DNA of 64,000 bases from Yoonia sp. (lineage in GTDB: Bacteria > Pseudomonadota > Alphaproteobacteria > Rhodobacterales > Rhodobacteraceae). The position numbers and the translations under genes were made by a program. This document shows, piece after piece, positions 10,793 through 20,360 of the stretch. Under the pieces are notes generated by a model, which made no database searches, was not told the DNA's origin, and saw only the letters and a list, made by a program, of their open reading frames with translations. The DNA lies in assembly GCF_965660735.1 (NCBI RefSeq), contig NZ_CBFIBD010000011.1, positions 976 to 64,975 on the forward strand, in the 5' to 3' direction. The first letter of the stretch is position 1. Each line of letters starts with the position of its first letter.

Positions 10793-11482
10793 GTGGTGAA
10801 ACGATCCCGCATCAATGAAATCATGGCAGAGGCGGATCAGATGATCCGGTCATTCGGGTTTGTCCTGCCACCCTTTGCCCACTGGACACCTGCGGAATTC
10901 AGGGCGCGCGCTGCACAGACGCAGGCGCTGATCGATGCCCGCTGCGGATGGGATATCACCGACTATGGCGCGGGCCGCTATGATGAAATGGGGCTATTTC
11001 TGTTCACGTTGCGCAATGGTCGCCTGGCCGACCTGCAACGCGGCGGGGGTATGTGCTATGCCGAGAAGCTGTTGATCTCAAAGCAGGATCAGATTTCACC
11101 GATGCACACACACGTGATCAAGGCCGAAGACATCATCAACCGTGGCGGGGCAACGATGGTGATCGAACTTTACGGTTCTGATCCTGACGGGAACTTTGAT
11201 GAAAAAGCCGGTGGCACGGTCATGTGCGACGGGCTGCGCCGGGACTTTGCAGCGGGCGAAAAGCTGCGGTTCGCACCGGGCGAAAGCGTGACATTGATGC
11301 CCGGCGACTGGCACGCGTTCTGGGGCGAAGGTGGCGACGTGCTGATCGGGGAGGTATCCACCGTCAACGACGACGAGACCGACAATATTTTTCGCGATCC
11401 AATCGGGCGATTTTCGCAGGTAGAGGAGGACGCAGCGCCGACACATCTTTTGGTGAGCGACTACAAGACCTGGCTGGCCTAG
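10793..11482 (+). CDS. D-lyxose/D-mannose family sugar isomerase (cupin)
   Basis: Cupin metal motif region (SPMHTHVIKAEDIINRGG...GDWHAFW) and overall length match D-lyxose ketol-isomerase-like proteins. The start (GTG 10793 versus the ATG 30 nt downstream) is uncertain. Confidence 0.65.
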   Translation: MVKRSRINEIMAEADQMIRSFGFVLPPFAHWTPAEFRARAAQTQALIDARCGWDITDYGAGRYDEMGLFLFTLRNGRLADLQRGGGMCYAEKLLISKQDQISPMHTHVIKAEDIINRGGATMVIELYGSDPDGNFDEKAGGTVMCDGLRRDFAAGEKLRFAPGESVTLMPGDWHAFWGEGGDVLIGEVSTVNDDETDNIFRDPIGRFSQVEEDAAPTHLLVSDYKTWLA

Positions 11483-11518
11483 GGGGGGGAAGAATTTTCG
11501 CGAAAATTCTCCGCCCCC
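11482..11518. terminator. GC-rich palindromic hairpin between convergent genes
   Basis: GGGGGGGGAAGAATTTTCGCGAAAATTCTCCGCCCCC is a near-perfect inverted repeat centred on CGCG. It fills the 45-bp gap between the two convergent stops. Confidence 0.5.
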
Positions 11519-11527
11519 TTGCTGCTG

Positions 11528-13762
11528 TCAGAGGATCAGATCGAAGGTCTTGTTCAAGGGCAATTCGCGCACGCGTGTCCCTGTCAGGTCAAACAGCGCA
11601 TTGCCCAGCGCGGGCATCGATGGTGGCGTACCCGGTTCACCAACGCCGCCCAGATATGGGTTTGTTTCAAGGATGCGCACTTCGAATTCGGGCACATTGT
11701 GCATCCGCATTGCGTCATAGTCATAGAAATTGCCCTGCTCCACGGCACCATCAGTGAACGTCAGTTCACCCTGCATCGCGGCCGAGAAGCCATAGACCGC
11801 GCCCGACGTCATCTGCGCTTCAATGATCGACGGGTCAAGTGCCGTGCCGACATCGCAGGCGATCCAGCATTTGTTGATTCTGATGCCATTACCGGTATCT
11901 TCGACCTCGACCACTTCGGCGACGGGCGTTCCGAATGAATAGGTAAAGCCGATCCCACGCCCGATGTTGGCGGGCGTCTGGCCGGTCCAGTTGCACATCT
12001 CACCGACTGCGGCGATCACGCCGGCCGATGGGGCGTGTTCGCGCTGCGCCAAATCCAGCCGGAATTGCAGTGGGTCCGCGCCGGCGGCATGGGCCATTTC
12101 ATCGATAAAGGTGTCGAAAAAGAAACCGTTGTGCGAATTGCCGACAGACCGCCAAGATCCTATCGGCACATCGATCCCGGTCAGATGGCCCGTGATCCGG
12201 AAATTGGGAATTGCATAGGGTTGATCCGCTGCCCCTTCGACGTGTGCCCGGTCAGGCCCCGGCGGGATCGTGCCGACGGCGCGCAGGGACGACTGGTGAA
12301 TAACCGACGGGGCCGCGATCTTGCCGTCCACCAATTGTGCGGCGCCGTCCCTTAAGACGCCGCGGAACTGCGCCATTGCGGCAGGCCGGTAGAAATCATG
12401 GCGCATGTCTTCTTCCCGGCTCCATGTCATGCGGATCGGTGTGCCGGGCATGGCTGCGGCGATGCGCGCAGCCTGTACAGAAAAATCCACCTCTGCCCTT
12501 CGACCGAACCCACCGCCCAGCAGCGTGGTATGCACAGTTACATGTTCAGGCGCGAGCCCGACAGCTTCGGCGCATTTGTCCCGGGTGATGACAGGTGCCT
12601 GATTTCCGGACCAAAGCTCCAGCGCGTCACCGGTGAAAACTGCGGTCGCATTCATGGGTTCCATCGTGGCGTGGGCCAGAAAGGGCACGACGTATTCGGC
12701 GGTGATCTCTGTTCCGTCCACGGTGGCGGTGACGTCACCATCGTCGCGGGTTGTGCTGTTCGGGTCGTCATCGAGCGAGGCTTTGATCGCGTCCATCAAC
12801 CCGGCGGTGTCGGCGGGATAGCTTGACTCTTGCCAGGTGATATCGACCGCCTGCGCGGCCTGCATGGCGAGCCATGTGTTGCTTGCCACGACACCAATCC
12901 CATCGCCCAGATCAATGATCGCCGCGACACCCGGCATGTCGCGCGCGGCGCTGTCGTCGAATGACACCATGCCACTGCGGCGCGGATTGATCCGCACAGT
13001 GGCGAATTTCAGGCCGTCCAGTTTGGTGTCGGCAGCGTAATGCGCCGTGCCGGTGGATTTGGCCACCACATCGGTGCGTGGCATGGATTTGCCAAGGTAT
13101 TTCCATTCCGATTTCGGACGCAACGCCGCGTCGGGCGGTGTGATGTCGCGCACGGCTTCAGCCAGTGCGGTGTATGCGAGCGTTGTGCCGTCCGGTGCGA
13201 TTACGGCGCTGTTTTCGGTGCGTAGACTGTCGGCAGCCACGCCCAATTGCGCAGCGGCCGCCAGTTTCAGCGCTTCACGGGCGGATGCGCCTGCATGGCG
13301 CATCCGCTCATAAGCGTCCTTGGTCGAGGTCGAACCGCCGGTGATCTGCAAGTTGAGCAGCTTGCCGACCATGCCGATGCCTTGCCGCAGGTTGTGCTGA
13401 AAATCACTGTCGGCATAGTGATGAAAGGGCAGGGCCATCCCCAGTATCGCCTGATTGTAATAGGCCTGCGCAGGCGGGCCATGCAGAACGGTGATATCGT
13501 CCCAGGCCACGTCCATTTCTTCGGCAACGAGCGCGGCAAGCGTTGTGTGGACCCCCTGGCCCATTTCCGCGCGGGGCGCGATGATGGTGATGCCATCGGT
13601 GTTGATCAGGATGTAGGGGTTCAGTGTGGCCTCTCCCGCACCGGGGGTCAGCGGGTTGGGGGCGTCCTTGCGGACCTGATAGACACCAAATGCAACTCCG
13701 CCCGCAATCGCGGCTGAACCAATAAGAAACGTGCGGCGGGCGATCTTTCCGATACTGGCCAT
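11528..13762 (-). CDS. molybdopterin-binding aldehyde oxidase/xanthine dehydrogenase-family large subunit (IorB-like), Tat-exported
   Basis: Tat-type N-terminus (ARRTFLIGSAAIAGG). 744 aa with IorB/aldehyde dehydrogenase large-subunit similarity, and a 4-nt gap from the 2Fe-2S subunit gene. Confidence 0.85.
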   Translation of the reverse strand: MASIGKIARRTFLIGSAAIAGGVAFGVYQVRKDAPNPLTPGAGEATLNPYILINTDGITIIAPRAEMGQGVHTTLAALVAEEMDVAWDDITVLHGPPAQAYYNQAILGMALPFHHYADSDFQHNLRQGIGMVGKLLNLQITGGSTSTKDAYERMRHAGASAREALKLAAAAQLGVAADSLRTENSAVIAPDGTTLAYTALAEAVRDITPPDAALRPKSEWKYLGKSMPRTDVVAKSTGTAHYAADTKLDGLKFATVRINPRRSGMVSFDDSAARDMPGVAAIIDLGDGIGVVASNTWLAMQAAQAVDITWQESSYPADTAGLMDAIKASLDDDPNSTTRDDGDVTATVDGTEITAEYVVPFLAHATMEPMNATAVFTGDALELWSGNQAPVITRDKCAEAVGLAPEHVTVHTTLLGGGFGRRAEVDFSVQAARIAAAMPGTPIRMTWSREEDMRHDFYRPAAMAQFRGVLRDGAAQLVDGKIAAPSVIHQSSLRAVGTIPPGPDRAHVEGAADQPYAIPNFRITGHLTGIDVPIGSWRSVGNSHNGFFFDTFIDEMAHAAGADPLQFRLDLAQREHAPSAGVIAAVGEMCNWTGQTPANIGRGIGFTYSFGTPVAEVVEVEDTGNGIRINKCWIACDVGTALDPSIIEAQMTSGAVYGFSAAMQGELTFTDGAVEQGNFYDYDAMRMHNVPEFEVRILETNPYLGGVGEPGTPPSMPALGNALFDLTGTRVRELPLNKTFDLIL

Positions 13763-13765
13763 TGC

Positions 13766-14230
13766 TCAAGCCTCCTGAATGCGCTGGGCGGCGTCTTTGA
13801 TGGCGGCGCGGATGCGCGGGTAGGTGCCGCAGCGGCACAGGTTGCCCTGCATCGCGTCATCGATGTCCTGATCGGTAGGGTTCGGGGTCTGGGCTAGAAG
13901 GGCGGCGGCGTTCATGATCTGACCGGATTGGCAGTAACCGCATTGGGCGACCTGATGATCGACCCAGGTTTGCTGGATCGTCGCCATGTTGTCGGGGGTG
14001 CCAAGACCTTCGATCGTTGTCACCTCGCCCCAGACATCGGCAAGGGCGACCTGACAGGATCGCACTGCTTCACCGTCGATATGCACGGTACAGGCCCCGC
14101 AGGCGGCAACGCCGCAGCCGAATTTTGTGCCAGTCAGGCCAACCGCGTCGCGCAGCACCCACAGAAGAGGTACATCATCGGGCAGGTCTACGCTGTGGGA
14201 TGTCCCGTTGATCGAAAGTGTCGTCGGCAT
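13766..14230 (-). CDS. (2Fe-2S)-binding small subunit (IorA-like)
   Basis: Two [2Fe-2S] cysteine clusters ([11 protein letters not shown]; [11 protein letters not shown]...CRCGTY). Confidence 0.9.
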   Translation of the reverse strand: MPTTLSINGTSHSVDLPDDVPLLWVLRDAVGLTGTKFGCGVAACGACTVHIDGEAVRSCQVALADVWGEVTTIEGLGTPDNMATIQQTWVDHQVAQCGYCQSGQIMNAAALLAQTPNPTDQDIDDAMQGNLCRCGTYPRIRAAIKDAAQRIQEA

Positions 14231-14327
14231 GTCGGGCCTCTGTAGTGAAATGAACGGTTTGGTTCAGATTAGGTGGAAACGATCCCTGTGACAAGCATTG
14301 GCGCCAGAGAAGGTGCGGTGATGTTGC

Positions 14328-15551
14328 TCAGGTCATTTCCGGACTATTGATCAGCGCGGGAATCTTGTCTTTGAAACGGAAAAACCCATGGGTGGCATGG
14401 GGCCAGGCGGCGTTGTCATACGGGCGGATCATTCGGTGTGTCCGGGTATTGGCAAGGGCATCGGCGGTGGGGCCGACCGGCATATATGCCGTCACGATCT
14501 GTTCGATACCGTGCTCTTGCGCCCATGTTTCAAGGTGTGCGGCATCGACATAGGCCACAGGGCCCAGGCGCCCGACAAAGCGCGCAGAGCAATCATCAAG
14601 TGCAGCGCGCGTGAAACCCTGCACCTGTGGCGCAACCGCAAGTGGGCTGCGCTGTGGGGTTGTATGAACCACGGCCGCGGCGACCGGTGTGATCTGTGCC
14701 AGCAGCCAACCCGGCGACAAGTCTTCTTCGGTCAGCAAAAGGCCGGTGCGTTTGGTTGGATCAATCCGCGCTGATGCAGGTAACGGCCCGGCAGGCGGCG
14801 GCAGCGGGCCGTCAAGCGGGATCGCCGTTGTCGCAAGGTCGTTGGGTCTGAACCGGCCATTTGTATATTTTTCGATATTGTCTGGCCGGGCCAGATACGT
14901 CTTGCCCCGGGTTTGCAGCCCGCCCACCCAGCGCCAGGACAGCGTATTGGAGGCCGGATCGCCATCAAGAAGGTGCCGCAGAAAGAAATCCGCGCCCAGC
15001 GTCCATGGCAGGCGCAAGGTGAATATCCAGATCGAGGCGAACCACATCCGCGCATGATTGTGCAGATACCCCGTTGTCACCAGTTCCTGCGCCCAGTGGT
15101 CAAAACAGGAAATGCCGGTGTCACCCTTGCAGGCGGCCTCCCAGTTCCGCCGCAATCCGCTTTCGGTCTGCACCCGGTTCAGGGCGGCACCCAGTTCGGT
15201 CTTGTAGGCCGTCCACACCGATGGCCGCATTTCAAGCCAGCCTTTCCAATAAGTGCGCCAGAATACCTCCTGGATGAATTTTTCCGCCGCCTGCGGGCTG
15301 TGACGGGCAAGTGTGGCGCGCAATACATCCGATTCGGTGATGATCCGGTGCCGGATATAGGGCGACAGGCCGGACACATTGGAGCGGTCATCATAATTTC
15401 GCCCACCGGCATAGGTGCGCCCCGCATACGGGATAAAACTCTGCAAAAGTTGCAAGGCGGCGGTGTAGCTGGGTTCATGCATGCCCAGAAAGCTAAGCCG
15501 GGCCGGGGCCGTTTCAAGCGTTGCGGGTTCTTGACACGGGCGGTCCGCCAA
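14328..15551 (-). CDS. photolyase/cryptochrome-related FAD-binding-domain protein (atypical architecture)
   Basis: The N-terminal half carries photolyase FAD-binding-domain hallmarks (LSPYIRHRIIT, FWRTYW, TGYLHNHARMWFASIW, DGDPASNTLSWRWVGG). The start could be the downstream MHEPSY (15482). Confidence 0.7.
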   Translation of the reverse strand: MADRPCQEPATLETAPARLSFLGMHEPSYTAALQLLQSFIPYAGRTYAGGRNYDDRSNVSGLSPYIRHRIITESDVLRATLARHSPQAAEKFIQEVFWRTYWKGWLEMRPSVWTAYKTELGAALNRVQTESGLRRNWEAACKGDTGISCFDHWAQELVTTGYLHNHARMWFASIWIFTLRLPWTLGADFFLRHLLDGDPASNTLSWRWVGGLQTRGKTYLARPDNIEKYTNGRFRPNDLATTAIPLDGPLPPPAGPLPASARIDPTKRTGLLLTEEDLSPGWLLAQITPVAAAVVHTTPQRSPLAVAPQVQGFTRAALDDCSARFVGRLGPVAYVDAAHLETWAQEHGIEQIVTAYMPVGPTADALANTRTHRMIRPYDNAAWPHATHGFFRFKDKIPALINSPEMT

Positions 15552-15565
15552 GCCAACGCTGCGCC

Positions 15566-17014
15566 ATGTTTGATTTACGCCCCGTGGGATATGTCATCGG
15601 TCTGGTTGTGGCAACGCTTGGATTGACCATGCTTGCCCCGCTGATGGCCGACCTGCTGGCCGGAAACGGGCATTGGTTCGTCTTTTTCCAAGCGGGCGTG
15701 ATCACCATGCTGACGGGCGGATTGGTGGCGCTGGCTTGTGTGAACGGGGTCAGCGCCGGGTTGTCGTTGCGCCAGACCTTTCTGTTGACCTCGCTGGTGT
15801 GGCTGACATTGCCGATCTTTGCGGCGCTGCCCTTTATGCTGGGGGCGCCACAGTCCAGTTTCACCAACGCATTTTTCGAATCGATGTCGGCGCTGACAAC
15901 CACCGGGTCCACGACATTTGAAAATCTCGATCAGTTGCCCGAAGGTTTGCGCCTTTGGCGTGGTATCCTGCAATGGCTGGGCGGCGTCGGGATCATTGTG
16001 GTGGCGATGGTCTTTCTGCCTGAATTGCGCGTCGGCGGGATGCAGATTTTCCGGTCAGAGGCCTTTGACACCATGGGCAAGATCCTGCCGCGGGCCGGGC
16101 AGATCGCCAGCAGTATCGCCGTGATTTACGTGGCGCTGACCGTCGCCTGCGGATTGGCCTATAGCGCCACGGGCATGTTGCCATTCGATGCGTTCGTACA
16201 TGCGCTGACCACGGTTTCGACCGGCGGCATGGCCAATTACGACAGTTCGTTTCAAGGGTATGGGGCAGGGGCGCATTACGTCGCGGTGGTCTTCATGGTG
16301 CTCGCGGCCTTGCCGTTTGTCCGCTATGTGCAATTGCTTGCGGGCACTGCACGGCCGTTGTGGCGCGACACGCAGGTGCATGGGTTTTTCATCGTCATCG
16401 GTTTTTGCGTGATGCTGATCACGGCGTGGCTCTGGGGCCGCGAAGGGGTGATGACCGAAATTGCCTTTCGCGAGGCCCTGTTCAATGTGACGTCGATCAT
16501 TTCCGGGACCGGGTACGCCAGCGCCGATTATATGACTTGGGGCACATTTCCCGTTATGATGTTTTTCTTCATCGGACTGATCGGGGGCTGCGCCGGATCG
16601 ACCGCTTGTTCGGTCAAGATCTTTCGCTATCAGTTGCTGTTCGCCTCGATCAAAAGCCAGATTCGGCAAATTCATTCGCCCCATGGAATCTTCACCCCGC
16701 GCTATGACGGTCGCCCCGTCAGCGAGGATGTGCTGAACTCTGTCATGGCGTTTTTCGTGGCTTTCCTGTTGTCACTGGGTGGCACGGCTGTTCTGCTGGG
16801 GATGACGGGGCTGGATTTCATCACATCGGTGTCCGGGGCTGCGACGGCGATCGGCAATATCGGTCCGGGGCTGGGTCCGCAGATTGGTCCGGCGGGGAAT
16901 TTCGTAACGATTAACGACACCGCCAAATGGATTTTGGCGATGGCTATGTTCGTGGGACGGTTGGAAGTCATGGTCGTGCTGACCGTTGTTTCGTTGAAAT
17001 TCTGGCGCGGCTGA
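15566..17014 (+). CDS. trkH: TrkH-family potassium uptake protein
   Basis: Polytopic membrane protein with repeated TrkH selectivity-filter-like segments (TTTGST, TVSTGGMAN, SGTGYAS, IGNIGPGLG). The start is at MFDLRPVGYV. Confidence 0.9.
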   Translation: MFDLRPVGYVIGLVVATLGLTMLAPLMADLLAGNGHWFVFFQAGVITMLTGGLVALACVNGVSAGLSLRQTFLLTSLVWLTLPIFAALPFMLGAPQSSFTNAFFESMSALTTTGSTTFENLDQLPEGLRLWRGILQWLGGVGIIVVAMVFLPELRVGGMQIFRSEAFDTMGKILPRAGQIASSIAVIYVALTVACGLAYSATGMLPFDAFVHALTTVSTGGMANYDSSFQGYGAGAHYVAVVFMVLAALPFVRYVQLLAGTARPLWRDTQVHGFFIVIGFCVMLITAWLWGREGVMTEIAFREALFNVTSIISGTGYASADYMTWGTFPVMMFFFIGLIGGCAGSTACSVKIFRYQLLFASIKSQIRQIHSPHGIFTPRYDGRPVSEDVLNSVMAFFVAFLLSLGGTAVLLGMTGLDFITSVSGAATAIGNIGPGLGPQIGPAGNFVTINDTAKWILAMAMFVGRLEVMVVLTVVSLKFWRG

Positions 17015-17018
17015 TACT

Positions 17019-18758
17019 TTACCAGCAGCTGATCAGAACAGCGACGTCAGCGGCCTGACGGGTAAGTGCCACGGGCGAGATAGCTGCCGCAGGCGTGCTG
17101 CGCTGCGCCTCGATGCCCTGTGTCTGCAATGCCGTCACAATCTGATCAGCGTCAATTGCGAAATTCACCTCTGCTGGCAAGATGCGGGCAGCGCCCTCTG
17201 CGCGTGGCAGCAACATGCCCAAGACGGTGCCGCCTTCGGAAAACACAGGACCGCCTGCGTCACTGCCTTGGGGCAGAATGGCAAGGCGGCTGAACCGCGC
17301 ATCGCCTGTCAGCCCGCGGATATCGACCACCTGCCCAAAGGTCAGCGTCGGTGCGCCAAGTGCCCCGTTGAACGGATAGCCCGCCACGGCAATCCGGTCT
17401 TGTAGACGGGGCAGGCCTGTCTGAAATGTGGCAACGCCAAGTGGTGCAAGGGCCTCGGTCGGGCGTAAAAGCGCGATGCCCAAAGCGTCATCCGTAAAGC
17501 TGACCGTTGCCTCATGTTCGCGATCAATGGTGATCCGCGCGCAATTCTGAACCGCCTCTGGCGTGGTGATCACTGCACCATCGTTTGTGACATAAAAGCC
17601 GGACCGCGATAGCTGCGGCTGGCGCACGGACAATCCGGCGACCATGTCAACGGTCTGGTCTGCGGGTGCGGGCACAATCATGGGGTCAAGCACACCATCC
17701 AACCGTTCAAAGCTGGCGCGCATTTCATCGAGAACACGCTTGCGCCTGGCGTTGTCACCATCGGGCCAGACCAGCATGAAACCCTTGATCGCGCCGTCCT
17801 GCAAGGTAGCGGTGGCATATGAATGGATGCCATTTCCAATTCCCTCGATTTCAAAGCTGTCAGGCGTCAGGCCGCGCGCTCCGTCCGGGGGCACGAGATC
17901 GAGTATTTGCAGGACTTCGTATAATCCGGTCAACTTGCCCATATCGCCCGCCTGAGAGATGAACATCACCTTGGCCTGCGCGATGTCGCCACTTGCTTCA
18001 AAATGGACAAAGGGCGGTTGGTATTCGGTAAACGCAACGACATCAGTCGGAATCAGCATCTGAATGCCCGACGCCGTGTCGCGGACCAGCCGCAAATTCA
18101 TTCCTTCCAGGATGCTGTTGTAATCCTGCAATAGCCTGTCGCGTTGTCGCGATGTCAGGACGCCCGTCGGTTCCAGCCCGTTCGCCCGCTGCCAGGCCTG
18201 CATCGCAGCGCGTGTGCCACGGCCAAAGACACCGTCGATCGCCGCCTGGTAAAATCCGGCCCATTTCAAGGCGCGCTGAAGTTCCGCGCGCGCTTCTCCT
18301 GACAAGGCGCCCTCGGCTGCGCGGGCCTGTTGTGGCGTTTCGGCGGTTTCTGGCGTGGGATCCCTGGGCAGGTCCGCAGGGGTGACCGGTGGGGCCGCGA
18401 TGATCGGATCGCCAGTAGGGGGCGTGGTGGCTTGTCCGCCGCCCACTGGCCAGAACTGTTGTCTGAAAAACTGGCCGCTTTTTACGAAACTGTCGGCGGG
18501 CACGGCCCCACGGTCCAGCAGCTGCGCAAGCGTGGCCTGGGCCTGCGGTGCATCGAACGGGCCGATGACAATGCCATAAAACCCGTCACCCAGATAAAAA
18601 CCATGCACCCCGTCCAACTGCGCGGCATAGGTGCGTGCGCTGTCCTGGGCCCCTGTCAACGTCTGGCGCGCCTCGATCTGAATCCAGAACCGGTCTTGTG
18701 CTGCGGCGGGAACGGTCAGCGCGACAAAAAGGAATAGTGCGGTGAGTGACCTGATCAT
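17019..18758 (-). CDS. secreted peptidoglycan-binding protein with C-terminal trypsin-like domain
   Basis: Signal peptide (MIRSLTALFLFVALTVPAAAQ), a PG_binding_1-like repeat (LQRALKWAGFYQAAIDGVFGRGTRAAMQAWQRANGL), and a C-terminal chymotrypsin-fold-like region ending near QGSDAGGPVF. Confidence 0.7.
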   Translation of the reverse strand: MIRSLTALFLFVALTVPAAAQDRFWIQIEARQTLTGAQDSARTYAAQLDGVHGFYLGDGFYGIVIGPFDAPQAQATLAQLLDRGAVPADSFVKSGQFFRQQFWPVGGGQATTPPTGDPIIAAPPVTPADLPRDPTPETAETPQQARAAEGALSGEARAELQRALKWAGFYQAAIDGVFGRGTRAAMQAWQRANGLEPTGVLTSRQRDRLLQDYNSILEGMNLRLVRDTASGIQMLIPTDVVAFTEYQPPFVHFEASGDIAQAKVMFISQAGDMGKLTGLYEVLQILDLVPPDGARGLTPDSFEIEGIGNGIHSYATATLQDGAIKGFMLVWPDGDNARRKRVLDEMRASFERLDGVLDPMIVPAPADQTVDMVAGLSVRQPQLSRSGFYVTNDGAVITTPEAVQNCARITIDREHEATVSFTDDALGIALLRPTEALAPLGVATFQTGLPRLQDRIAVAGYPFNGALGAPTLTFGQVVDIRGLTGDARFSRLAILPQGSDAGGPVFSEGGTVLGMLLPRAEGAARILPAEVNFAIDADQIVTALQTQGIEAQRSTPAAAISPVALTRQAADVAVLISCW

Positions 18759-18918
18759 GGATACCCCAGAATTCTGCATGATTTGCCCCGCAACAGGTAC
18801 GGCGCAATGAAATGTGGCGGACAATCCGCCGGTTTTCGCCACTTGGTGTCGGGCGTTGCCTGATTGACCCTCGGCGCGCTGCACCCTATTGAACCCGTCA
18901 AAGCAGACGAGGGTTAAG

Positions 18919-19839
18919 ATGGCCGAAAAACCACGCAGTTTTCAAGAGATCATTCTGCGGTTGCAAAACTACTGGGCGGCGAAAGGCTGTGCCATCCTGC
19001 AACCCTATGACATGGAAGTGGGTGCGGGCACCTTTCACCCTGCCACGACCCTGCGCGCGCTGGGATCAAAACCCTGGGCTGCGGCCTATGTGCAGCCCTC
19101 GCGCCGTCCCACCGACGGGCGTTATGGCGAAAACCCCAACCGGTTGCAGCATTATTACCAATATCAGGTGCTGATCAAACCCAGCCCGCCTGATATGCAG
19201 GATCTTTACCTTGGTTCGCTTGCCGCCATCGGCATCGACGCCACCATGCACGACATCCGCTTTGTCGAAGACGACTGGGAAAGCCCCACGCTGGGGGCCT
19301 GGGGACTGGGCTGGGAAGTGTGGTGCGACGGGATGGAAGTGTCGCAGTTCACCTATTTCCAGCAGGTCGGCGGCCATGACTGCCACCCGGTATCGGGCGA
19401 GCTGACATATGGGCTGGAGCGTCTGGCGATGTATGTCCTGGGCGTCGATCATGTGATGGACATGCCATTCAACGACCCTGACGCGCAAATTGCGCTGAAA
19501 TACGGCGATGTATTCAGACAAACCGAGGAAGAATACGCCCGTTGGAACTTCGACGTGGCCGATACCGACACGCTGCTGCAACATTTCAAGGACGCCGAGG
19601 CGGAATGCCAGCGTATTCTTGACGCCCCGCATGACGACCCCAAGACCGGCAAGCGGATCATCATGGCGCATCCCGCCTATGACCAGTGCATCAAGGCCAG
19701 CCATCTGTTCAACCTGCTGGACGCACGCGGTGTGATTTCCGTGACCGAACGGCAGGCCTATATCGGACGGGTGCGCACACTGGCCAAGGCATGTGCCGAT
19801 GCCTTTGTCCAAACCAATGCGGCAGGGGTCGCTGCCTGA
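18919..19839 (+). CDS. glyQ: glycine--tRNA ligase alpha subunit
   Basis: 306 aa with full GlyQ similarity ([38 protein letters not shown]). Confidence 0.95.
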   Translation: MAEKPRSFQEIILRLQNYWAAKGCAILQPYDMEVGAGTFHPATTLRALGSKPWAAAYVQPSRRPTDGRYGENPNRLQHYYQYQVLIKPSPPDMQDLYLGSLAAIGIDATMHDIRFVEDDWESPTLGAWGLGWEVWCDGMEVSQFTYFQQVGGHDCHPVSGELTYGLERLAMYVLGVDHVMDMPFNDPDAQIALKYGDVFRQTEEEYARWNFDVADTDTLLQHFKDAEAECQRILDAPHDDPKTGKRIIMAHPAYDQCIKASHLFNLLDARGVISVTERQAYIGRVRTLAKACADAFVQTNAAGVAA

Positions 19840-20360
19840 TGGGCCGTATCGCAATCGTGGGAATTCTGGTCATGGCACTGGTCGCGGGGATCGCGCTTTA
19901 TTACCTACAGGTCTATGCTTACTACGACAATGTGCAGCCTGGGCCCGATCAGGTGCAACTGACCTCTGTCACCGCTGGCGCGCCTGAACCCATACCGTTC
20001 GACGATTTTACAGGAATCGATTCCGACAGCAGCCCGATCCGCTATCGCGCCTGTTTCACCACGCCGTTGTCGCAGGCGACGCTGAGCGAAACCTATGTTA
20101 TCGCCGAAAATGCCGAACCGCTGGTCGCACCCGGCTGGTTCGATTGCTTTGACGCCGAACAGATCGGTGCCGATCTGCAAGGTGAAGCGATTGCCTTTCT
20201 CGGCACCGAGAACATCACCTATGGCATCGACCGCATCGTCGCGATCTATCCCGATGGCCGGGGTTACGCCTGGCACCAGATCAACGCCTGCGGCGAAGTC
20301 GTCTTTGACGGTGACCCGGTTCCCGACACCTGTCCACCCGTACCCGAAAGCCTGAACTGA
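19839..20360 (+). CDS. membrane-anchored hypothetical protein between glyQ and glyS
   Basis: Its ATG shares one nucleotide with the glyQ stop (TGATG), and its stop shares one nucleotide with the glyS ATG. It has an N-terminal TM helix (IAIVGILVMALVAGIALYYL) and a four-Cys soluble domain. Confidence 0.65.
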   Translation: MGRIAIVGILVMALVAGIALYYLQVYAYYDNVQPGPDQVQLTSVTAGAPEPIPFDDFTGIDSDSSPIRYRACFTTPLSQATLSETYVIAENAEPLVAPGWFDCFDAEQIGADLQGEAIAFLGTENITYGIDRIVAIYPDGRGYAWHQINACGEVVFDGDPVPDTCPPVPESLN

